A stretch of 64,000 nt of DNA from Phycisphaerae bacterium (lineage in GTDB: Bacteria > Planctomycetota > Phycisphaerae > Sedimentisphaerales > Anaerobacaceae), in NCBI GenBank assembly GCA_030601845.1, contig JAUWAY010000008.1, positions 2,185 to 66,184 on the forward strand, in the 5' to 3' direction. Under the pieces are notes generated by a model that was not told the origin of the DNA, did no database searches, and saw nothing but the letters and a program-made list of their open reading frames with translations. The position numbers and the translations under genes were made by a program. Shown here in pieces: positions 56,471-64,000 of this stretch; the stretch's first letter is position 1, and every line of letters starts with the position of its first letter.

Positions 56471-57823
56471 ATGATAAACTGGCGCAAGCCCATTATAGGC
56501 GCAGCCTTGCGGATAGGGGGTCATCCGGTTTTTAAGAATCTAAACTTCTTAAAGTCCATAGAGTACAAGTCGCCGGAAGAATTAAGGCGATTACAAGATG
56601 AAAAGCTCGAGCAATTGCTGATGCACGCTTATGAAAACGTTCCTTACTATAGCAAGAAACTCTCCGAAGCCGGTGTCGTAAAGAACAAGAGCATAATCTT
56701 GGAGAATTTTCACAGGATACCGCCACTGACGAAAGAGATAATGCGCCGGGAAGGAGAGAATCTGTATTCAAGGGATTATAAAAAGCGCGGCTGGTACCCT
56801 AACTCATCCGGCGGCTCAACCGGCGAACCCGTGCAGTTCATTCAGGATAAAAATTATCTTAGCTGGGCTTACGCAGGCAGGTTTTTATACAACTCCTGGG
56901 CAGGCAAGGACGTTGGTGAGCCGGAGCTCAAATTATGGGGCTCCGAGCGAGATATCTTTTATGGAGCCGAAAAAATTTCAACGCGGCTGAGGCGATGGGG
57001 CTTTAATACGATTTTGTTAAACAGCTTCCTGATGACAGATGAGACTATGGCAGAATACGTTGAGCGATGGAATCAGTTCAAGCCGAAAATGGTTGGGGCG
57101 TATACCAGCTCAATTTTTGAATTCGGCCGGTATGTTAAGCGTTCAGGCGCAAAGATTTTCAACCCTTCTTCAATTATATGTACAGCCGAGACGCTTACGG
57201 AAGATGTTCGAAGATTTATTGAGGAGGTTTTCGGCTGCCCCGCCTTGAACCAGTACGGTTCACGAGAGGTGGGCGTTGTAGCATCTGAATGCCCCAACAA
57301 GCAGGGACTTCATACCTTTCTTTTGAATAATAAGATTGAAATTCTCGATGAGAATTTACAGCCCTGCCAGTCGGCCCAGATGGGTGATGTCTATGTTACC
57401 ACATTAAATAATTATTCGATGCCTTTGATACGCTACCAAATAGGAGATACTGCTGTCGTATCAGAAAAAGAACGATGTAGCTGTGGAAGAAGTTGGCCGC
57501 TAATAGCGGCGGTGACCGGTCGAATCAGCGACCACTTCAGAACCAGAGACGGCAAACTCATCCACGGGGAGTATTTCACACACCTTTTTTATGGTAAAGC
57601 AGAAATCAAAAAATTCCGTGTTATTCAGCATGACTATGATGACGTTGAACTCCTTATCGAACCTGCCGGTAAAATCAGTAGCAAAACTCTTAAAGATATC
57701 GAGGAGAAGATACGGCTTGTATTGGGTGGTGAATGCAAGATTTCAGTTAATGAAGTCGACGAGATTCCGCGAGCATCAAGCGGCAAGTATCTCTACACAA
57801 TAAGCGAAGTTACCAGGGAATAG
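56471..57823 (+). CDS. phenylacetate-CoA ligase-like adenylate-forming enzyme (CapK/F390 synthetase type)
   Basis: SSGGSTGEP adenylation motif, YGSREVG, GDTAV, SSGKY. These enzymes are common in capsule/EPS loci. Confidence 0.82.
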   Translation: MINWRKPIIGAALRIGGHPVFKNLNFLKSIEYKSPEELRRLQDEKLEQLLMHAYENVPYYSKKLSEAGVVKNKSIILENFHRIPPLTKEIMRREGENLYSRDYKKRGWYPNSSGGSTGEPVQFIQDKNYLSWAYAGRFLYNSWAGKDVGEPELKLWGSERDIFYGAEKISTRLRRWGFNTILLNSFLMTDETMAEYVERWNQFKPKMVGAYTSSIFEFGRYVKRSGAKIFNPSSIICTAETLTEDVRRFIEEVFGCPALNQYGSREVGVVASECPNKQGLHTFLLNNKIEILDENLQPCQSAQMGDVYVTTLNNYSMPLIRYQIGDTAVVSEKERCSCGRSWPLIAAVTGRISDHFRTRDGKLIHGEYFTHLFYGKAEIKKFRVIQHDYDDVELLIEPAGKISSKTLKDIEEKIRLVLGGECKISVNEVDEIPRASSGKYLYTISEVTRE

Positions 57824-57900
57824 ACCTCAGCACCAGTAGGAATGTTGATAGTAAGACTTAAGGCAACCTTAAGTCTTTCTATTCACGTACAATTCATAGG

Positions 57901-58737
57901 TCATTTGTTAGCTTCAAAAGCGTAAATGCTTTGCGTCTTTGGGACCTTGCTCACCCGAACTTTCGAAAAGCCAGCTTGTTCCAGCAATGTAACTATATCA
58001 TCTCGGGAAAAATGTTGGACGTGACCCACTTGATAAAATAACCAATGATATATCTTGCTTAAGAAACGCTTTGGATAACGCAGATTCTTCAATAGGCGCG
58101 TTAAAATATGCGGCTGATGGCTCTGTTCACCTGTATCACAACTTTGGAGGATGATTATATCTCCGCCCTGGGTTTGCAAGCAGCGATAGGCTTCCGCTAA
58201 TACTTCTTCCGGAGTAATGCAATGGTCTAACGTAGATTTAATCACGCATGTGTTGAAAACGTTATTTTTGTACGGAAGTTCCTCTCCAAAGCCTTCAACG
58301 AAGGTCATGGGCAGACTAAATGCTCTCTCGTAGTAATCGTGGTGTACTTTGTGAACTCCTCGCAAGAATCTCTCAACCCCAGGGTCGTGAACGATATAAA
58401 TATCAGAACTGCTTGGTTCCCACCATTGCCTGAGCAACCCCCATCCACCACCAATGTCGAGAACATTTCCCTTCAAGTACCTCCTCTCTTTAAAGAAAGA
58501 GCCAAAGCTTACGAAATTCGCGTCAACATATTCCCTTGAAAATATGCTCTTAACCTTTGTATAATGGTTGAATCCATGTTGCGCTCTTTCCCACTTAGAT
58601 AAATCATCTTTTCCGAATAGGTCGGTTGCTTGTGCAGTCACTTCTTTGCGTCTTATCAAATCAGGAGCTTGCGAAAAATCAAAACCTGCTTGCTTGTCCT
58701 TTTGAAATAATTCTCTTATATCTTCTTTGTTTCTCAT
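57901..58737 (-). CDS. class I SAM-dependent methyltransferase
   Basis: GNVLDIGGGWG motif I. The ATG at 58737 is preceded by AAGGAAG. The longer track ORF (to 58872) overlaps the divergent gene. Confidence 0.8.
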   Translation of the reverse strand: MRNKEDIRELFQKDKQAGFDFSQAPDLIRRKEVTAQATDLFGKDDLSKWERAQHGFNHYTKVKSIFSREYVDANFVSFGSFFKERRYLKGNVLDIGGGWGLLRQWWEPSSSDIYIVHDPGVERFLRGVHKVHHDYYERAFSLPMTFVEGFGEELPYKNNVFNTCVIKSTLDHCITPEEVLAEAYRCLQTQGGDIIILQSCDTGEQSHQPHILTRLLKNLRYPKRFLSKIYHWLFYQVGHVQHFSRDDIVTLLEQAGFSKVRVSKVPKTQSIYAFEANK

Positions 58738-58848
58738 GATTTCTTCCTTCTTTCCTAATAATGCTTTAAATATTATACTATGCAGCATATAATGTGTCAA
58801 GCGCGGATACTGGGATATGAAGAGAAGATTAGAAAGGCCGGTGGAGCA

Positions 58849-59838
58849 ATGAGTAAAGTTGGCGTAATGCAAGAACGGTGGGACTATTTAATAATTCTTG
58901 ATGCCTGTCGATACGACTACTTTGAGCGAATCTGGCAAAACTATCTGCAAGGCAGCCTGGAAAAAAGGAAATCCATAGCTTCTACAACCATTGAATGGAG
59001 AAATAAATCATTCAGAGAATACCATCCTGATGTCATCTACATCTCCGCCAACCCGTACATAACCTCGGTCGCTCCCGTAAAAGGATTCTCTGCAAAGGAG
59101 CATTTCTACAAGGTATATGATTTAGTGCTGAACAACTGGGATAGCCGGAAATGTACTGTATTGCCCGAAACAGTAACTAAAAGGGCGATCGACATCATAA
59201 ACGCCAACAGCGACAAAAGAGCCATCATTCACTATATTCAGCCGCATGAACCATATTTGGGCTGCGCTGCAGCGGATGTTTCTGTGAAACGTCCCCAACC
59301 GAGGCAACCATGGGCCCTCGAGCAAATCGATCAAGACAGTACAAAATTTAAGATTAGTAATTGTATCCTTAAAACACTTTCCGGCATACTTTACTGGCTG
59401 GGAATAAGAGGCAATCTTTTGATTTGGAGGTTGAGGGAATTTATGGCAATGCCACCTGCAAACCCTATGGACGCAGTGAGAAGAGAGTATGGCAAAGAGT
59501 TGTTAAGGCAGGCCTATAAAGAGAACTTAGAGATTGTCTTAAAACATGTGGCTACACTCGTGGACACTTTACAGGGGAGGATTGTGATAACAGCGGACCA
59601 CGGCGAAGCGCTCGGCGAGAGGGGCTGCTATGGACATTGGAGTCGAGCTCGGATTAAATCGTTAGTTGAAATTCCCTGGCTTGTCATTGACAAGGCCCGG
59701 AAGGTTTCCGAACCCACAGAGAAAACCGCTGACAAGAAAAAAGAGGAAACACAACCTTCAGAGCCTTTAGATAAACAGACCAATCAGGAGGCCAAAAGAA
59801 AAATTCAGGAAAAATTAAAAGCACTTGGCTATTATTAA
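58849..59838 (+). CDS. alkaline-phosphatase-superfamily (sulfatase-like) protein
   Basis: ILDACRYDYF near the N-terminus and ITADHGEALGERGCYGHW. Lys/Glu-rich tail ending KLKALGYY. The ATG at 58849 has GGTGGAG upstream. Confidence 0.6.
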   Translation: MSKVGVMQERWDYLIILDACRYDYFERIWQNYLQGSLEKRKSIASTTIEWRNKSFREYHPDVIYISANPYITSVAPVKGFSAKEHFYKVYDLVLNNWDSRKCTVLPETVTKRAIDIINANSDKRAIIHYIQPHEPYLGCAAADVSVKRPQPRQPWALEQIDQDSTKFKISNCILKTLSGILYWLGIRGNLLIWRLREFMAMPPANPMDAVRREYGKELLRQAYKENLEIVLKHVATLVDTLQGRIVITADHGEALGERGCYGHWSRARIKSLVEIPWLVIDKARKVSEPTEKTADKKKEETQPSEPLDKQTNQEAKRKIQEKLKALGYY

Positions 59839-59907
59839 AACCTGTTATCTCTACTGTTCTTATCCTTACGATATATCGCAACATGCGTTTTACTTCTTTC
59901 GCAGAGT

Positions 59908-60215
59908 AGCATAGGCGCACCTTTTGAATCCGCCTTCGCCAAGGCTATGGCGGACAAGATTGGGTTTGATTGGGTTTGAATTGGGTTTGTTTTGGCATTG
60001 TATTGGCTTTAATTGGCTTTGTATTGGCTTTGATTGGGTTTGTATTGGGTTTGTTTTGGGTTTGTTTTTCCCGTGTTCACTAAGTGTCTTATTTTCATAT
60101 TCCTTTGTTAATACCTTATTTACGTTCATTTGACTTTTTCGGAAATTGGGTTTGTTTTGCATAATTAAGGTCATAATTGGTTGACAAGCTGGGCTGGATA
60201 GGCGGTTGGCGAGGA
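59908..60215. repeat. composite dispersed repeat, copy B
   Basis: Same modules and order as copy A: 59923..59946, 59947..59989, a ten-unit decamer array 59959..60064, and the 93-nt core 60121..60213. ORF 59890..60234 is a translation artefact of it. Confidence 0.85.
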
Positions 60216-60868
60216 TTTGGGCTTCAGTAGCCATTATAAATCATCCTGATTTATTATTGATTTACGATTCACTATTCACCATCGACTATTTTAGCCTGTT
60301 AGTTAGATATATATTATACAATGAATTATGTTATGTGTCAAGTAAAATTTTTTATTAGATACTCAAACTGACCGAATTAAAAGAAAATATTGGCGTAAGT
60401 GCTTTACGTATGAGGATTAAAGAATCGTAGGGATAGGCCAGAATGCCTACACTATCGGTTAAAACACAGAAAATGAGAAGTCCCATCCGAATTTGAATTG
60501 CCGAGAGCTTAAAAAAATCCCGAATTTTAGGAAATTTCTGTTGACTTCACGATGATTTCGTGTATAAAATACTTGCAAGCAAAAAGGTCAATAATTATTT
60601 CGCTCGTAGCGATGAGAGAAAATAGGAGGAGGGCAGACACTCGTATTATTCCTGCCCGGGTTTTTCTCAATCCATAGTCTTTTCGAATAAGAACGGATTC
60701 TGTAGTCAGCGTGCACAAAAAGTTAAGGTTAAGTGCATGTATGCAGAAAGCGTCTATCTGTTCAGGCACACTGCGTTTAGCGTTTGTGGGATTTCTGCGC
60801 AATTCGGCGGTGCTGCGCTGGTAAAGGTAGCGTGGAAAGTTAACGGCCAATTAGAAAGGAGAAAAACG

Positions 60869-61663
60869 ATGAGAAGTAGAAACGGAACAATTTGGGTAAT
60901 AGTAATGGCTTTGGTAGTTACAGGTACAGCGTTTGCAGGTATAGATGATGGTTTAGTGGGCAACTGGCCTTTTAATGGCAATGCAAACGATGAGACCGGC
61001 AATGGGCATAACGGTACGGTTTACGGTGCAAGCCTGACGACAGACCGTTTCGGAAACTCTAATAGTGCCTATAATTTTGACGGAGTAAATGATTATATAA
61101 ACATCTCTGATTCCCCTGATTTAGATTTTGGCCCCGGTGATAGTTTTACTCTTTGTACGTGGGTTCAATATACAACTTCAGATGATGTCAGGATTAACCA
61201 AAAGTTTGGTAAGTATTCGTACAATGGTTATGGAATGTTTGTAAACAGTGATGATTATACTATAGGAACTGTGTCATTTAGAACCTGGTCTGCCAATCCA
61301 TCACACACATGGTATGATGTAAAGAGGACACATCATGATGGTAATTACAATGATGGGGAATGGCATTTTGTTACCGGCGTGAGAGACCAGTCCACCGGCA
61401 AAATGTACCTTTATGTTGATAGTATAAAACGTGATGAAGTTACAGAGGGCATCAGGGATTTAAGGAATACGAACTATTTACGTATTGGAACATATTGGGA
61501 TGCTAAGGGACGTTTCTTTGAAGGTAAGATAGATGATACACGCCTATACAACAGGGCCTTAACCGGGCCCGAGATAATGGAATTATATCAAATCCCCGAG
61601 CCAGCGACGGTTTTGCTTCTTGGCTTAGGTGGATTAGGTTTGTTGAGAAAACGCAGGTCATAG
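60869..61663 (+). CDS. LamG/concanavalin-A-like lectin domain protein with PEP-CTERM anchor
   Basis: AAAGGAG lies upstream of the ATG at 60869. Signal peptide, LVGNWPFNGNANDETGNGHNG..YNFDGVNDYI (LamG), and C-terminal IPEPATVLLLGLGGLGLLRKRRS. Confidence 0.9.
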   Translation: MRSRNGTIWVIVMALVVTGTAFAGIDDGLVGNWPFNGNANDETGNGHNGTVYGASLTTDRFGNSNSAYNFDGVNDYINISDSPDLDFGPGDSFTLCTWVQYTTSDDVRINQKFGKYSYNGYGMFVNSDDYTIGTVSFRTWSANPSHTWYDVKRTHHDGNYNDGEWHFVTGVRDQSTGKMYLYVDSIKRDEVTEGIRDLRNTNYLRIGTYWDAKGRFFEGKIDDTRLYNRALTGPEIMELYQIPEPATVLLLGLGGLGLLRKRRS

Positions 61664-61690
61664 CCGAATTTAGAATACAAAATTCAGAAT

Positions 61691-61724
61691 AGGCCGTGAG
61701 CGTGATGCTTGTGGCCTTTTTTTT
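61691..61724 (+). terminator. probable intrinsic terminator
   Basis: aggcc...ggcct short stem followed by T8 (61717..61724), 28 nt after the stop codon. Confidence 0.45.
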
Positions 61725-61889
61725 AGGCACTTGCTTTTATAGAACCGTATCAGTACTATAGTAAAGCTAAAAGGCGGATTAGTATTGCTAAAGGTTTTTG
61801 GACCCTATGATGAAACTTGTTTTCAAAAAAAATGAATATATAATATATTCTTGCTTAATTATTGCTGCGAACGAAAGGTTGTTGGAAGT

Positions 61890-63509
61890 ATGAAAAGAAG
61901 AGTTCTCATAATAGGAATTGACGGTGGCACATGGAGCATTCTAAGAACGGCTATTGAACAGGGATATATGCCATTTCTTAAAAGTCTTTGCGATGCAGGT
62001 TCCTATGGGATTTTGAAGTCCACAATCCCAGCAATAACCCCCGCAGCATGGGCCAGCTTTCAGACAGGTATGAATCCAGGCAAAACCGGTATTTTTGACT
62101 TCTATTTCTGGGATATCAAGCACAAAAAGAAGCATTTCACAAACTCACAAATCCTGCAGGGCACAATATGGGAAATAGCGAGCCAACACGGCAGGAGGGT
62201 TGGCGTCATAAATGTGCCGGTGACATACCCACCCAAACCCATTAACGGCTATATGATTACTGGTTTTCTTACACCTTCGGATGAATCTGAATTCACATAC
62301 CCTGCAAACTTAAAGCGCGAATTGTATGACTTTATACCTAACTATCATATTCTTAGTTTTAAGAACGTAGGTGATTTGGCAGGTAAACGATTCAAATCAT
62401 TTGTTCAGGAAATGACTGAGAACATTGACAACAGAGCGAAAGCTGCTGAATTCATCATTGATAAAGAATCGCTGGATGTATTAATGGTGCACTTTCAGGC
62501 GACTGATGGGCTGCAGCATAAATTGTGGGCTTATATGGAAGAAGGACAGCCATCGTTCGATACAGAGAGACGTAATTACATTTTCAGTAACTTTTACGGA
62601 CATTTAGACCAAAAAATTGAGCAACTGAAAAAAACATTCGTAAAGAAAACCGACACTGATTGTGTTACCTTCATCATCTCTGACCATGGATTTCAGCGCA
62701 ATAAAAAACGCTTTAATCTGGGAAAATGGCTTCATCAGCAAGGGTACCTACATTTCAGTCAAAAATTCTTCTGGCTTGCATTTGTAAAAGACCTGCTTGG
62801 GAAACTTGATGTGCTCAATTTACGCAAATACATAGCCAGGAGGCTTAAATCGCTAACTGGGAGAATGCCCTCCAGCCAAGTTCCCATTTCCTGGCAACGG
62901 TCCAAAGCTTTCTCAGTCGGCAGCAGTAGCGAAGCCTCTATATATCTGCTTGAAGAAGATGAAGCAAAATATCAACAAACCGCCTCCGAGCTCATAGCCA
63001 AACTTAAAGAAATAAAAGACCCCGAAGATGGGACTCCCATCGTTAAACAAGTTTACTATAAGGAGCAAATATTCAGCGGGGACTTTCTAGAGTTTTTGCC
63101 TGATCTTATTATTGAGCCCGCTGATGGATACAGCTTAGTCGGCTACTACAAAGCAGATGTTGGTCTTTTCCAAAAGATAACTGTGAAGGATGACTTTCAC
63201 GTTGGTAAGCATCATATAGATGGTATCTTGGTTGCTGCCGGTAACCACATTAAACACCTGGAAAATATTAAAGCCCATATTTCCGATATGGCACCAACGA
63301 TTCTTTATTACCTTGGGTTACCCATAGACGAGAATGTCGATGGCCGAATACTGAAAGAAATTTTCCCCCAACAGTTTCTGAACCAACAGCGGGTCTTCAA
63401 ATCCTCACAGGAAAAGATGAAAACAACTGGCAGAAAAACCGGTGAGGTTCACTCAGAACATGAGCAGCACCAAATTGAAGAAAGGTTAAGAGACTTGGGG
63501 TATTTGTGA
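61890..63509 (+). CDS. alkaline phosphatase family protein (type I phosphodiesterase/nucleotide pyrophosphatase-like)
   Basis: VLIIGIDGGTW, PAITPAAWASFQTGMNPGKTG, HFQATDGLQH, IISDHGF. Tail ERLRDLGYL. ATG at 61890. Confidence 0.82.
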   Translation: MKRRVLIIGIDGGTWSILRTAIEQGYMPFLKSLCDAGSYGILKSTIPAITPAAWASFQTGMNPGKTGIFDFYFWDIKHKKKHFTNSQILQGTIWEIASQHGRRVGVINVPVTYPPKPINGYMITGFLTPSDESEFTYPANLKRELYDFIPNYHILSFKNVGDLAGKRFKSFVQEMTENIDNRAKAAEFIIDKESLDVLMVHFQATDGLQHKLWAYMEEGQPSFDTERRNYIFSNFYGHLDQKIEQLKKTFVKKTDTDCVTFIISDHGFQRNKKRFNLGKWLHQQGYLHFSQKFFWLAFVKDLLGKLDVLNLRKYIARRLKSLTGRMPSSQVPISWQRSKAFSVGSSSEASIYLLEEDEAKYQQTASELIAKLKEIKDPEDGTPIVKQVYYKEQIFSGDFLEFLPDLIIEPADGYSLVGYYKADVGLFQKITVKDDFHVGKHHIDGILVAAGNHIKHLENIKAHISDMAPTILYYLGLPIDENVDGRILKEIFPQQFLNQQRVFKSSQEKMKTTGRKTGEVHSEHEQHQIEERLRDLGYL

Positions 63510-63629
63510 TCGGTAACCGGTTTTTACGCTCTTCATCTATCACTTTGAATAAAAATATCGTTGGGTAATTAATTCTTGCGGGCCTTCGCCGTATCTGTTG
63601 GAACGCAGCAAAATTCAGATAATGAAGCT

Positions 63630-64000
63630 TCAATCAGCCAAAGTAATATTTGTCCTCTCTGTGAAATCACCCAAATCTCTGATTGCCAGCAGATTCTCAA
63701 CCACTTCGGAAATATATGATGAGCTAGTCTCCACTAATCGCAAATCTACCAGCCTAAATACTCTGAACCCGCTGGAGTGTAGTATTTCAAAAATGTCCGT
63801 TGTCGAATAGCCATAGTTTATAAAATGGCTTTCCCAGGACTCGATATACACGCATTTTGTTTTTTTGAGAACCTGGTCGGCTCCTAAAAGTACAAACTTT
63901 TCGTAACCCTCAACATCTATCTTCAAAAAATCTACCCTTTTAACTATATCATCAAACAAGCCATCCAATGTTTCAACGTCGACGTTTATCTCTCCTTCTG
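63630..64000 (-). CDS. FkbM family methyltransferase, 5' end outside window
   Basis: VDFLKIDVEGYEKFVLLGA. The frame stays open upstream of the track start (…EGEINVDVETL) to the window edge. Confidence 0.78.
   Translation of the reverse strand, partial: EGEINVDVETLDGLFDDIVKRVDFLKIDVEGYEKFVLLGADQVLKKTKCVYIESWESHFINYGYSTTDIFEILHSSGFRVFRLVDLRLVETSSSYISEVVENLLAIRDLGDFTERTNITLAD

Noticed and set aside
60527-60850. 107-aa minus-strand ORF upstream of the LamG gene.
   Set aside because: It lies in an AT-rich leader region, has no RBS or motif, and overlaps the predicted promoter/leader.

Overview
This 64-kb window holds about 50 protein-coding genes at roughly 50% GC by eye. It looks like chromosomal DNA of a PVC-group heterotroph (Planctomycetota/Phycisphaerae-like). 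That lineage guess is inferred from gene content: Tat-signal oxidoreductases, a sulfatase, GH31/GH127/CE15/heparinase-type enzymes, large PQQ-like propeller proteins and a PEP-CTERM protein.

Housekeeping blocks:
- mnmA, recJ and rmuC.
- nagB with neighbours.
- purF-purM followed by a second purF-like gene.
- rpmE-prfA.
- A tightly overlapped operon: kinase-like/NDT-like fusion, deoC, pabB, pabC, nif3, scpB.
- A glycan-biosynthesis cluster at the right end (GT4, CapK-like ligase, methyltransferases, AlkP-like proteins, a LamG PEP-CTERM protein).

I found no rRNA, tRNA or CRISPR array, and no recognisable defence system.

Two genes run off the window edges. The ORF track misses the left one (1..2031, minus strand) and shows only part of the right one (63630..64000, minus strand).

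The window contains three decayed mobile-element fragments:
- a serine recombinase with an in-frame TGA, fused to a truncated GH31 gene;
- a 44-codon IS110 N-terminus;
- the 3' end of a Y1 (RayT-like) transposase.

Intergenic DNA is unusually rich in several families of short palindromic and tandem repeats. Some of these have entered coding regions in frame.

I could not demonstrate a clear new multi-gene system. The best candidates for follow-up are:
- a PurF paralog whose glutaminase residues are all replaced;
- an AdkA-like/deoxyribosyltransferase-like fusion translationally coupled to deoC;
- an AT-rich two-gene membrane cassette bracketed by 15-bp direct repeats;
- a composite repeat present in two copies 37 kb apart that carries helically phased decamer arrays;
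- direct repeats bracketing two propeller genes.
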